A stretch of 64,000 nt of DNA from Histomonas meleagridis 2922-C6/04-290x (GCA_020184695.1 JAANOX010000140.1:1441-65440), one strand, 5' to 3'. Counted from the stretch's first letter, positions 51,300-63,786 are shown. Translations and numbers: made by a program. The notes: generated by a model from the sequence alone, not told the origin.

Positions 51300-52375
51300 A
51301 TGTATTCAGATTTCCCAAAATATAGCTTTAAGTTACAATATTTTGATGAACAATCAGGTCTTACTCTTTATTATATTTTGATATATTATACAGAAAGAAC
51401 AGAAATTGAAATTTATGATGTTAAAAAAATCGACGAGATGTTTTTACGAAAAAAACTCCAATTCACAATATTAAAAATGAGTGACCTTTATATTGGAAGT
51501 AAAATTCTTATTAATGGACGTCAATATGAAATCATTGATTTTTTTCAGATGAGTTTACACGAAAATCTTTAAGTGAAAAAATGCAACATACACTTGGAAT
51601 AATCAAATCAGGTTATTCACGATATTTAGGCGAAGTTCTAGATTCTATATATTCTAATAGTCTTTCAGTATCACAACTTCAATTTGGTTCTATTTCTAAA
51701 GAGATTGGAATTTCATTATTAAAAGAACATCGTAAAGAACAAACATTTGAAAATCTTTTGAATAGTATTACGAAAGATTCTATTATTGCTATTGATATTG
51801 TTGGTAATAATTCTATTTTAAAATGGAAAGAAATTATTGAAAGGAAATTTTGGAATGAAATTTGTTATGGATCAGAAACATTAACATCATCAACATATGA
51901 AATAGAAATTATATTTAATCAACGAAATCTTCAAATAAAATCACTTATTGATGGCACTACAACATTATGTCTTATTAAACCACATGCAATCAAATCAGGA
52001 GTTTCAGGTAAAATAATTCAACAAATTCTTAAAAATGGATTTGAAATTGTTGGCGCGATGATGACGACATTTAATATTGAAGAAGCGAGCGAATTCTTTG
52101 AGATATATCGAGGCGTTGTTGATAATTATTATGAAATTTCGAGAGATTTAGCGTCAGGTCCAATTTTAGCGCTTGAATTATATAAAGAAGATGCAGTTAA
52201 TTCATTACGAGAAATATGTGGGCCACGAGATGTTTCGATTGCGAAAGCAATTCGTCCACAATCAATTCGTGCACTTTATGGGATAAATAACATTCAGAAT
52301 GCAGTACATTGTACGGATCTTAAAGAAGAATCACAAATTGAATGCGAATTCTTTTTTAATCTTTTAAGTAATTAA
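51300..52375 (+). CDS. NME7: Nucleoside diphosphate kinase 7, right copy (frameshifts in DM10 region)
   Basis: 51581-52375 gives contiguous NDK-A/NDK-B; the DM10 fragment is 51300-51572. Confidence 0.9.
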
Positions 52376-52462
52376 TAATATATTAAAAAAATAAAAATTT
52401 TTAATAATTTCTTTTATTTAAATAGAACAAAGTTTTTGATCCATAAAAATTTATTATTATTA

Positions 52463-54826
52463 TTATACAGTTGCTGCTTTTTCCTTTTTATCATAATCTT
52501 TAGCTAAATCATTCAAACCTAATTCGCGCGCAATTTTTTTGCTGCTTGTGAAAAACAATCCATGACGAACAAACACTTCCATTTGACGCTTTTTATCTTT
52601 AATTAATGAAATGAATTTCAGCGCGTGATCAATTTCATTGTACTCCAAACAAACCGACGCAAATATGTCCCATCCGACTTCCGGATTTGGAATACGCGTA
52701 AATTCGTCGAGTTCGTTCCACATTTTATTCCGTGCAAATGTGTCAAGTTTCGTATATGTTACAATTTTGGAACTAAATCCAAAACTTTTAACAATTTCTT
52801 TTTCGAGTTTTTCATCTTTATTCATTATGGAATGTATAAGTAACTCACGCGGAGTAACATTTTTAAATTGTTCAACGTTTATCTTATATTTACGCGCAAT
52901 TTGTAATAATTTCTTATGCGATGTTAATATATTATTAAATGTCGACTTTTTATCAAAGAAATTCTCCGAATATTCAAGCGATGAAATTGATTTACCAAAC
53001 TGCGAATGGTCACAGCTATAAAGAAGACTGCAAGAACCGGCCGAATAAGGCTTCGCAAATTTGTATTTCTGGAAGTTTCGATTGTTCGTTCGATTTTGTG
53101 CAATTTCTTCCGCAATTTGATATTTCTTATATGATAAATATTGTTCAAGAAATTGCGGATATTCTTCAACGAATCTTTCGCGTTCTTGTTTATCAAGTAG
53201 CATCAAATATGTAATAATTGAATCGCCATCAAATATGTGCAATACCATATTTAACGTGGATTCTCTATCAAATGAATACATAAATTGAATTCTTTCTTTA
53301 GGCAAATTAATACGTTGCGCAATAGTATAAATGGTACGAAAATTAAGTGAAAGTTTTTTAGCTGATTCACCGATTTTATAATAATTAATAGTATCATATT
53401 TAGAACAACGCGAAAGTATCGTATTAAGTGCTGAGTCGCCAAATTTAGAAAACATATTAATGGACCAATGCTCAATAACATTAGTGATATCAAATTGAAA
53501 TATTTTACATAACTCGATAGCTAATTGATAATAATGTAATTCCATAACACTAGAAAAATACGTCTGAAATGTGATTTATCATTATGTCTGGCGTAAGCGC
53601 AAATCCATATTCAGGAGAATTTAATGTGTTAATTAATCGTAAGTTTCGTAATGTTTCTGTGTACTCTTTGACGTTCTTACATTCATACGAATAGCGGCCG
53701 TAGCACGCAAGACTGAGCAAATATTTTTGGTTGTCAATGTCGAGACAATCGCGCGCTGCATCTAATAATAAAAGAACTAAATTTTCAACATTCCCTTTAA
53801 GCACTTGTAATAAATTATAACTTTCAATGTTCCGCTTGAGATATAATGAATATGAATCTGTTAACTTCTTAATTGACGATGAAAGTCGATCTGTCGTCAA
53901 TGATATAATCGATGTCGGCACAGGACGAAGAATATAACAACCAGAGCGCGCGTAAATTCGAACGTATTCAATGTCTTCGAATATGTCAAGAATTTGAAAC
54001 ACATTTAATGTAATATGAAAATTAGTTTTCGGGATAATTAATTGTAATGTGCGTTCATTCGAATACATAAAGATATTATTTTGTATCCATCCAAATGGTG
54101 ATGAAACATTATAAAGAATTATTGGATCTGACGTATCGTTGACATCGCTCGAAATAAAGTATACTGTGGTGTCGCAAATAACGCCAATGTAATTACCTTT
54201 GAATGGCGCACTAATATTCGTGATTTTCTCATTAATATGTTTTAGTTGAACAATACCATTCGGCGTACTTAAGTAAATGTTATTGTTCGTGGTGACAATG
54301 ACTGTAGTAAATGGATCATCATTAATTAAACTAACAAAACATGGATCACTATCAACAATTAATTGATAAAAAAAAAATGCGATGGATTAATAAGTCCTTT
54401 GTAACAGTTAAGATAATGATCATCTTTAATATAAACATAACCTTTACTTGTAACATCTTGAACATAAAATAGTTTTATTATTAAGAGATGGTATCTCATC
54501 AACAATATTCCCTTGTGTATCTGTAATACTGATATTACCATCATATGATAAAAAAAATAAATGACCATCTGGAAAACCAAAAATCGTATTCGCAAATTCT
54601 GCTCTCTTAAACTGAATAGGATGTGAAATGGGTTTACCACTATTAGAAAGGAAATTTAAAAAAATCGTGAATCATGTGAAGAATAATTAATAATTGGTCC
54701 TCCACAATAAAAGTAATAATGTTTGTTAGATCGTAAATAATCAGAATCTTCAAAATCACTAAGTTTAATAAGTTCAAGTTTATAATCACCTATTGTAATC
54801 CAATTGTCGAAAAGAGATTCAAACAT
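52463..54826 (-). CDS. VPS16: Vps16-family protein, right copy (frameshifted)
   Basis: ORFs 52463-53545, 53550-54068 and upstream fragments mirror the left copy. ATG at 54826. Confidence 0.82.
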
Positions 54827-55030
54827 TTTGTTGTTTTCTGAATGTTTGTTTGATATAAATGTTATATGAAGAAACCGTTTAATGAAGAAAAAATTAACTT
54901 CAAAAAACAAAGTTAATTCCAAATTAAAATAAAGTATATTCTTTAAATGAAAGAAATTTTGAGACTAAAATTATGTTTAAAATAATGATAATTATTTTAT
55001 AAAAATTGATTTTTTTATAAAGATAATTTT

Positions 55031-55038
55031 AACGGTTT
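55031..55038 (+). promoter_or_regulatory. M3-like element upstream of TRAPPC6-like
   Basis: AACGGTTT 30 nt before ATG 55069. Confidence 0.5.
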
Positions 55039-55068
55039 CATGGAATTATTTTATTGACACTTTTTCAA

Positions 55069-55560
55069 ATGAAAAGAGAAAGAAATCCATTTCCTCAATT
55101 ACTTGTTAATGAAGCAGTTAGAGAGATTGCAAAAAAGTTTGATGGGATTACAGATAATCGAATTCATATTAATCTTCATATTTATAATTTTGCGAAACAT
55201 CCAGGTTTTGCAATGGTTTCACAACTTTGTCGAAACATGCCTATGGAAGGCACCACCTTAGAAGAAATATGTATTTTCCTTTCTACGATATTCTCTAAAA
55301 CATTATTTGACATTGAATGTAAGTATCAAATTTCACAAAAGTCGATTAACAAAACATTAACATTTACTTATGACACCCCACCAGATTGGTTTAATTCACT
55401 TTCAGTTAATTCATCATCACCAGGCGAACAATATATTTTTTGGTATAACGCATATAAACATTTTATGGAAGGAATTTTTGCAGGTGCACTTCTTCATTTT
55501 GGGTACAAAGTTATTCCAACGATATCTAAAGAATTTATTAGGCCACTTTCATTAAATTAG
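55069..55560 (+). CDS. TRAPPC6-like, right copy, lacking the last ~18 codons
   Basis: Same protein as the left copy (two conservative changes) up to PLSLN, then a deletion junction into the hydrolase gene. Confidence 0.55.
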   Translation: MKRERNPFPQLLVNEAVREIAKKFDGITDNRIHINLHIYNFAKHPGFAMVSQLCRNMPMEGTTLEEICIFLSTIFSKTLFDIECKYQISQKSINKTLTFTYDTPPDWFNSLSVNSSSPGEQYIFWYNAYKHFMEGIFAGALLHFGYKVIPTISKEFIRPLSLN

Positions 55561-58500
55561 TTTTCGAGTCAGGAGACAAACGTTTTTTACGAATTCCAAT
55601 TTCTTTTGTTAATTCACGAAATCAAGAAATTGTTGGGTCACTTTATCATAGTATTGAATTAGATCCGATGAATAGTAGTAAGTGTGTTATTTATCTTCAT
55701 GGAAACGTTTCAAGTCAGTTAGAAGGACAATTTTTGATACCAAATATATGCGTCAAAGATATTTATTTGTTTTGTTTTGATTTTGCAGGATGTGGTAATA
55801 GTGAAGGAGAATATGTTTCTTTAGGTTATTTTCGAAAAACAAGACATCGAATTTTTGATGGGACGTCTTAACCAAACATTTGACATTCAGTCGTTTGTTT
55901 TATGGGGACGTTCTATGGGTGCAAGTTCGGCGCTTCTTGTTAAGTCGCCATTTCTTTCAGGCGTAATTAGCGACTCATCATTTCTTTCATTACCAGAACT
56001 ATTTCGTGACGTTGCGGCAACAGTTAATTTCCCGCGCGCATTCGTAGGCATGGCCACGTGGTATCTTCGTAGTCGCATTCTTAAAATTGCGGGTTTCGAT
56101 GTTTATGACGTTAGTCCGCTCGAATCAGTTCGTAAATCGAACACGCCAACGATCATTGGACACTCGGAAGATGATAATTTTATTCCTTTTTTTATCATGC
56201 ATTACAATTATACAATTCATGCGCAGCAGAAGACAAAACGATATTTTTAATGAAAGGCGGTCATAACGATTCACGCCCGAACTCATGGATGAGACTTTGC
56301 TTGAGTTTCATATTTGATAAACTTAAAATCGAAATTGGGAAAAATATCGAAATTAATGAAAACGGAATTTTTTCATCGAATTTTCATTTGTCATCAGTTA
56401 ATGATTTGTTTCACTCACCAACGTCATCCGAAATTGACGAAACGATTCAAATGATGTACAACAATTTGGAAAGTAGTGAAAAGAATGATGAGAACAGCAT
56501 TTTGATTCCAAATCTTGAACTTCTTAATAATATTATTGTTAACATAAATAATGAAATGGATAATATTGAAAATATAAACATCAACGAAACAAGTGAAGAA
56601 ACAGAACATAATGAAGAAACAAATACAAATGAAGAAACAAAAGAACACAATGAAGAAACAAATGTAAATAAAGAAACAAATGTAAATGAAGAAACAGAAG
56701 ATAACAAAGGAATAAATGCAAAAGAAGAAACAAATGTAAATGAAGAAACAAAAGAACATAATAAAGAAACAAATGTAAATGAAGAAACAAAAGAACATAA
56801 TAAAGAAACAAATGTAAATGAAGAAACAAAAGAACATAATAAAGAAACAAATGTAAATGAAGAAACAGAAGATAACAAAGGAATAAATGCAAAAGAAGAA
56901 ACAAATGTAAATGAAGAAATAAATGTAAAAGAAGAAGCAAATGTAAATGAAGAAATAAATGTAAAAGAAGAAACAAATGTAAATGAAGAAATAAATGTAA
57001 AAGAAGAAACAAATGTAAATGAAGAAATAAATGTAAAAAGAAGAAACAAATGTAAATAAAAGAAGAAGCAAATGTAAATGAAGAAATAAATGTAAAAGAA
57101 GAAACAAATGTAAATGAAGAAATAAATGTAAAAGAAGAAACAAATGTAAATGAAGAAATAAATGCAAAAGAAGAAACAAATGTAAATGAAGAAATAAATG
57201 TAAAAGAAGAAGCAAATGTAAATGAAGAAATAAATGCAAAAGAAGAAACAAATGTAAATGAAGAAATAAATGTAAAAGAAGAAGCAAATGTAAATGAAGA
57301 AATAAATGCAAAAGAAGAAACAAATGTAAATGAAGAAATAAATGTAAAAGAAGAAACAAATGTAAATGAAGAAATAAATGTAAAAGAAGAAACAAATGTA
57401 AATGAAGAAATAAATGCAAAAGAAGAAACAAATGTAAATGAAGAAATAAATGTAAAAAAAAGAAAAAAAAGTAAATGAAAAAAAAAATAAAAAAGAAAAA
57501 AAAAAAAGAAATGAAGAAACAAATGAAAAAGAAGAAGCAAATGTAAATGAAGAAATAAATGCAAAAGAAGAAACAAATGTAAATGAAGAAATAAATGTAA
57601 AAGAAGAAACAAATGTAAATGAAGAAATAAATGTAAAAGAAGAAACAAATGTAAATGAAGAAATAAATGTAAAAGAAGAAGCAAATGTAAATGAAGAAAT
57701 AAATGTAAAAGAAGAAGCAAATGTAAATGAAGAAATAAATGTAAAAGAAGAAGCAAATGTAAATGAAGAAACAACAGAACACAACAAAAATACAAAAGCA
57801 AATGAAGAAACAGAATATAATGAAGAAACAAATATTGCTAATAACAATGTAAGTATAAGCATTGATAATATTAATAACGAAGAAGAAAACGAAAATGAAG
57901 ATACATTAAACAAAGAGAAGGCGAATAGTACTGATAATGCGATTATAAATAATGAAGAAGCGAATGATAATGTAAATGTTAACGAAGTAAGTGAAGAGGA
58001 AAATGAACATAACGAAGAAACAGATACAAATTCGAATAATGAAACGGATAACGAAGAAAACGATAATGCAAATATTAAAAATGTAAACAAACAAACAGAA
58101 CATAGTGAAGAAACAAATGAAAATTATGACAATGCGAATGTTCACGAAATAAACAGCGAAATCATAGTAAAAAGTGAAGAAACAAACAATGAAACAGATA
58201 TAGAAGTCAATGAAATAGAACATAACGAAAGCGCAGATATAAATAAAGAAGAAACAAAATCAAATAATGAGAAAGCAAACATAAACAGTGGAGACGCAAA
58301 TGATAAAGAAGAAACAATTATAAGGAATGAAGTAGAAAATGAAAAAGATAAATACAAAGAAAATGGCGAAGAAACAAATTCTATTGATGAAATAGAGCGT
58401 AATAACGAAGATGAAACACCAAAAAATAGAACAGAACATAGTAAAGAAACAACTGAATATAACGAAGAGACAGAAGTAAATAGTAAAGCAAATGTTAACA

Positions 58501-58793
58501 GTAAAGAAACAAATACAAAAAATGAAACAGAAAACGAAGAAGAAGTGAATGCCAATGAAGTGCGTGAAGATGAAACAACAGAAAACAAACACAAAGCAAT
58601 TACAAACAGCGAAGAAGCAAATGCAAATAATGAAAAAGCGAATTATAATAATGTTATAGCAAATATGAATGAAATACATAACAAAACAAATTCATACAAT
58701 GATAACGAAGAAACAAATTTACGTAATGAAATCGAAAGTAAAGAAAAAGGAACTTTACATAAAGAAGAAACTGATGTTAACAAAGAAATGTAA
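55560..58793 (+). CDS. Alpha/beta-hydrolase with repeat tail, right copy, lacking its promoter and first ~28 codons
   Basis: Starts at VFESGDKRF directly after the TRAPP junction. The catalytic motifs are retained and the tail ends KEM* at 58793. Confidence 0.75.
56650..57770 (+). repeat. Coding tandem repeat (36-bp unit plus 39-bp and 54-bp variants)
   Basis: EETNVNEEINVK units preceded by EETKEHNKETNVN x3 and EETEDNKGINAKEETNVN x2. Confidence 0.95.
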
Positions 58794-58967
58794 CATAGCA
58801 AAGAATGATAATATTAACGAAAACAATTTCCAAACTACATTAAAGAATACATCAAATTCTTATTAAGAAATTGAAGAAGAATTTTATCAAATTCTTCTGA
58901 GCGAACACTTTTTTGTTAGTAAAATAGAAGTGCGAATTTTGTTTTTGTTTTTTGGAGAACGTTTTTA

Positions 58968-58975
58968 AACGGTTT
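58968..58975 (+). promoter_or_regulatory. M3-like element upstream of the RCC1-like gene
   Basis: AACGGTTT 24 nt before ATG 59000. Confidence 0.5.
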
Positions 58976-58999
58976 TGTGTAACTTTTCCAATTTGAAGA

Positions 59000-61379
59000 A
59001 TGAAAGTTTTCTCACTAAAAGCAGAAAATGTCAAAGAGATAACAAAGCAAGAATTCAAAAGATGTGACGAGCTATGTGATAAAGATATTGTAGATCGATT
59101 TTCAACAAAAACATATCAAATTTTTTTAACAAGTAGTGGTGATATTCTTTTAAATGGCGAACCTAAATTTACCAAAAATAAGAGTTATTCATATCAATCT
59201 ATTCATTCCCTTATTAAAAACAAAGCCATCAAAAAAGTTTCAATTTCAAGTAAATTATTTGCGATTTTAACACAAGATGGTTGTGTGTATGTCTGTGGCC
59301 AAGGCTATTCAAATACTATTATTCCCCTTAATCAAACTAATGTTATTGACATAAGTGTTTCCAAAAATGCACTTCTTGTTGGAGCTGGGGCCAGTGCCAC
59401 TGTTTATTTTACACTTACAAACACGAAAGAGTACAAACTTCCCACAGGTAAAACCATCAAATCAGTTCATTCGACGGCATCTCAATACATACTTCTTCTC
59501 AGCGACAATCGCCTCTACAGCACAGAGCCAGTTGCAGGCAATAAGTTACTTGCATGCGGCGATTTGTATCTCGTTTCATCATTTTTAAGTAGTTCTGTTC
59601 GCGAAGTTTATAATTCTCATGAGCGAATCATTGGAATTGACTCGTATCACAACATTGTGCACATGCATGTTGGGGCTCGCGAACAGTTTACATATGATTT
59701 CCCTATGTTCCATCGGCCTATTACACAAATCGGCGTATTCAGTGATGAATTACTTCTTATTCTTTCGTGCGGCGAACTTTACAGCATTGCATTTTCTGGT
59801 CCGTCGTCAAATTCATACATTCGCATTAATTCGCCGTCAATGATTGACCACTTCTCAGTCTCCAAAAACGAAATATTTATATTCACAAGCGAAACAGTTC
59901 CAACGCCCGCGCTCACTGTGTATGCGCGTGGCTACGATTGGTTTACAGTCGACACAGCGCAACTCGAACGCATTGGGTTCGAAAGCGGCGATCGCGTTCG
60001 AGCTCCGAATGATAACGTTGCTACGATAGTTGGGACAGCATTTGATGGAAGTAAGTTGTGTTACTTCGATGAGTACACGCAAGAAATCAAATTTTCGGAC
60101 ATTTTATCGATTGGGACGTATCTCTTCGATTGGCGCCTCGAGTCGCGCGCCGGCGCTGACATACGTAACTTCTCTTTCGGCTGCGGCGGCGATCTGCAAC
60201 TCGACGTGTCTGCGAAAGCGCTCGCAAAGATTTCACACTTTCGATCGGGCGATGTCATTGAGCACGCGCATCTCGGTCGCGGCACTGTTCTCGGCGCGCG
60301 CTGCGGCTCGCTTTGGATCCGGTACTCATCTGGAATTCGCATGTGCTCGCGCGCGAACAGTAATCAGCTGCACACTGCGCACAAACTTATTGCGCGTAAC
60401 AACGTAACAGTGAAACAAGAAACAGACGCAAACGGAGACATTTTGCTGTACAACGTCGAGCCAATCAAAGGCTATGAGCTTGGCGACGTTGTTTCGTGCG
60501 ACTCGTTTGGCGTCGGCGTGTACAGCGGCAGCGCGGACAGCGATCACATAATTCGCTTCGTGTCCGACGGCGAATTGCTGCGCGTGATAAAGGGAAGCGA
60601 GGAAATGAAAATACGCAGGTCAATGTCGCATTACGGGGACTGCTTTAGTGACATCGGCGGGAGGCCGATTTTTGTTGATTTCTCGCAAAGTTCGCACGCC
60701 GAATTTGGCCTTTATCCGTGCGACGTGATAAGGGCAAACAGTCAAACCGCTTTCTGTGCGGGAGTTTCGACGGTTGACGGTAAGGAACGGGCCGCTTTTT
60801 CCCCTGAATTTCGGATGAAAACCGGTTTTGGCGTTGGATATTTCGAAGAAGAAAATTTCAAAGAAAAATATGAACTTATCGCAAGGATCACAAAGCCGGG
60901 GAAAAGAGTCAAAAAATTAAGTGACGGAAGAAATATTGAACTTAGCGTCGATACGAACGATTTCATTAACCAAACGCTTCTTCCCGGCGATGAACTTTTG
61001 GTGCACGAGCGACACTGCGAAGTTTGCGGCATCAGCGAAGGGCAAATATATGTTGAGTACCACGACAACAACGAGTGCGCAGCGCTTGAAGCAGAGCCGA
61101 AGCTGCTGTACAGGCGCATCAGCGTGCCAACGAAAGCCGCCACAGCAGTCGGAGAGTGTTGGATCGACATCACGCACTGCGCTGACTCGGGCTTTCTTCC
61201 GCAAGATAAAGTTGTATACAATGGGAAGAAATATAAAATCATCGGCGTAATTGATAAAAACAAATTTTGCAGCAGAAACAGAAGACGGAACAATCGAAAT
61301 CGTGAACATTCCAAAGGGAAATTGCGTTGAAATCGAATCATCATATGATAAAACATATGAACTTTTGAAGAAAAAGTAA
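59000..61379 (+). CDS. RCC1/BLIP-II-like propeller plus six 'xGD-V' modules, right copy (~790 aa, one frameshift near 61260)
   Basis: N-terminal RCC1-like blades (VSISSKLFAILTQDGCVYVCGQG; VHSTASQYILLLSDNRLYS). The 776-aa ORF is followed by a short frameshifted end, YELLKKK*. Confidence 0.6.
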
Positions 61380-62894
61380 GTGTATAAAGGAATAAGTTTT
61401 GTTTTCTGATTTTTGTTTGAGGAAATAAAAGAGATGTAAACGAAAAAACAATTTAAAATTGAGTCTTTCCTTAATAACAACAATCGAAATTTATAATGTT
61501 ATATAAATATATTTATGTTTGCTTAAGGGGTACGAACAGATATAAATCCACTTCAAATTAGCAAGTCTGTAAATAGAGTTTAAAATTGGAGAATCTGCCT
61601 CAAAAACCAAAAATAATTAAAGCTTTACAAGTTAAGCTTCCCTTTAAAGGTTATCACAAAAAATGGTTAAAATTTTCAAGACATTAAATGAATCATCACC
61701 AACAGAATCAGAATCAGCCCCTGAACGAGTCCATTAGAACTCAGGCCACGTGTGCACACTTTTTGTCATTAAAAACAATACAAGTATCCCCGAAGTACAA
61801 CAGTATTTAAAGTTGTTTTTATGAATTTAAAGATGAAGCAAAATGAAGACAATGATAATTTTTTCATGAAATTTAATATGAAAGATGTTTTTTTTTTAAC
61901 AAATTTGTATAATTCTATAATTATAATGTTATAATATTTTTAAATAACTTAATGTATTCGATAATTATTTAAAATATAAAATATTATTATATCCAGATTT
62001 ATTCAAAGTTTCTCTCTTTGTGTTATCAAAAACCGCCTATCTCCCAAACAAACATACTCAATTCATATGCTGATCAAATTACATAGAAGTACATTGTATG
62101 AGTAAATATCAAATCGAGTGACGAACTGAAAACTTAATCTTATAGATTCTTCCTTTTTAACGGTCGAAAGGCACTTTTCCCTCAAGGTTTTTTGTAAATA
62201 CACACTTTTTGTGTAGATATCTGGCTTCATAGGATTATAAAATGATATGGAAAAAGTGATTCAATTTGATGGAGACTAAATTGAATGCGAAGAACGAAAT
62301 CTTTGGTTAATAAAAATACCCAACCGTTAACTCAAATTTTGACCATTAACAAGACGATGACATATAAAAGATGGTGTGTAACGTTCTTGCTCTGAATTTT
62401 GTTTGAATGGGAATCAAAATTGTACACAAATCTCATTGAAAAAAAATAAAGAAATGCACTTTTTCTATAAATTGGCCGGAAAACACAAACAAAAACCGCT
62501 CTTTTTCGATGCTTTGAAATTAACCAACATTTCAACTTTCAAAGCAGAAACCGTATTTTCTAGGTGAATAATTATCTTTATTATTTTAGAAAAAATTATT
62601 ATAATTATATCAACATTATCAATGTATATTAATATATGATCTAAATATCAAAGATAAATAAGTTTTCAACAAAATTGAAAAAGATTTAAAATTTTCTATT
62701 AATTGAAATGATACTTTTATTTAAAATTCTTTAATAATATTATTTCTTGATTATTTAATTTAAAATAATGTTCATATTTTTTTGAATTTATCAAGGAATA
62801 ATTTCATTTTAAATCCTTATTTTTATGCCGCCACAAACCATATGAAAATTGAAATAAATTCTAAGTGTTGTAAAGCAACAAAAAGCAAAAGCCA

Positions 62895-63487
62895 ATGACT
62901 TTCAGGGGGAATCAGTTCGCGAGTGTTTATGGGCAACAAGCCATCCCAGTGATGCCTTCATCACCTAAACGTAATGGCACCAAACAACAAGTTGGTTATA
63001 ATGACCCTTTTTCATCATATCCACCACTACCGTTTTTATTCAACAAACACAGTATCATCCACATTTTATTCAATCAGCGACCTATACTATTCCTATCAGT
63101 GCCTCCTCAAGCAAAGTTCCAATGTATGCACCAGAACAACAAATAATCATGATGCAACAACCACAAGAACCAATATATCAACAACAACAGCAACAACAAC
63201 AACCCATTCCAACACAACGTCGAACTCGAATGGATCAAGTTCAATATTCGCAACAACGAAACGGGCGCCGCGGAAATGAACCAAAACATAAACGAGAGAC
63301 TGATATGCATGAACAAAATTATATCAATGTTAATGGTGGTCAAGGTGATGACATTTCTTCTTTATCGAAGGACGATCTTCCTTGGCCAAAACCAACATAT
63401 TTACAAGATCCTAATTCACCACCAGATTTCTTTAATATTATTGGGAGAGGAAATCTTCCATCTTTCACATTTGAACCTGAACGGTAA
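62895..63487 (+). CDS. Gln/Pro-rich hypothetical protein (~197 aa after one frameshift near 63035)
   Basis: MTFRGNQF..YPPLPF joins IQQTQYHPHF..VPMYAPEQQ..QQQQQQQQP..FEPER* if one base is corrected in the ccgtttttattc T-run. Confidence 0.55.
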
Positions 63488-63786
63488 ATTGAATAAATTA
63501 TTTTTCTATGAAAATATTTTTAAATATAACTATAACATAACTTCTTTAAGGACGAATTCAAGATGGAAACTAAAATTAAAGTCACAAATATTGCATTCAC
63601 TGATTATCATGAAAAAAATTTTTTTACCAATTTTTTTCAAACCCATATTATGATAACCCGTAACTATTATAGCCGGTTACATATCTTACAAAGTCATTTA
63701 TATTTCGAGATATTGATTATTTTTTTTGGAGTTTTTATAAATTTTTCAATTGTTAATTGGTCATAACGAACACAAAATTTTTAATA

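Larger units (their letters stand above)
35061..62559. repeat. Right arm of a ~27.5 kb inverted duplication (mirror of 1-28030)
   Basis: Mirrored ORF translations throughout, e.g. Rab 18253+ vs 44536-, Furry C-terminus 22184- vs 40897+, NDK7 11443- vs 51300+. Confidence 0.98.

Noticed and set aside
1-62559. Calling the arm genes pseudogenes because of frameshifts
   Set aside because: The breaks are homopolymer indels that are not shared between arms, and the unique spacer is clean, so they are most consistent with sequencing error.
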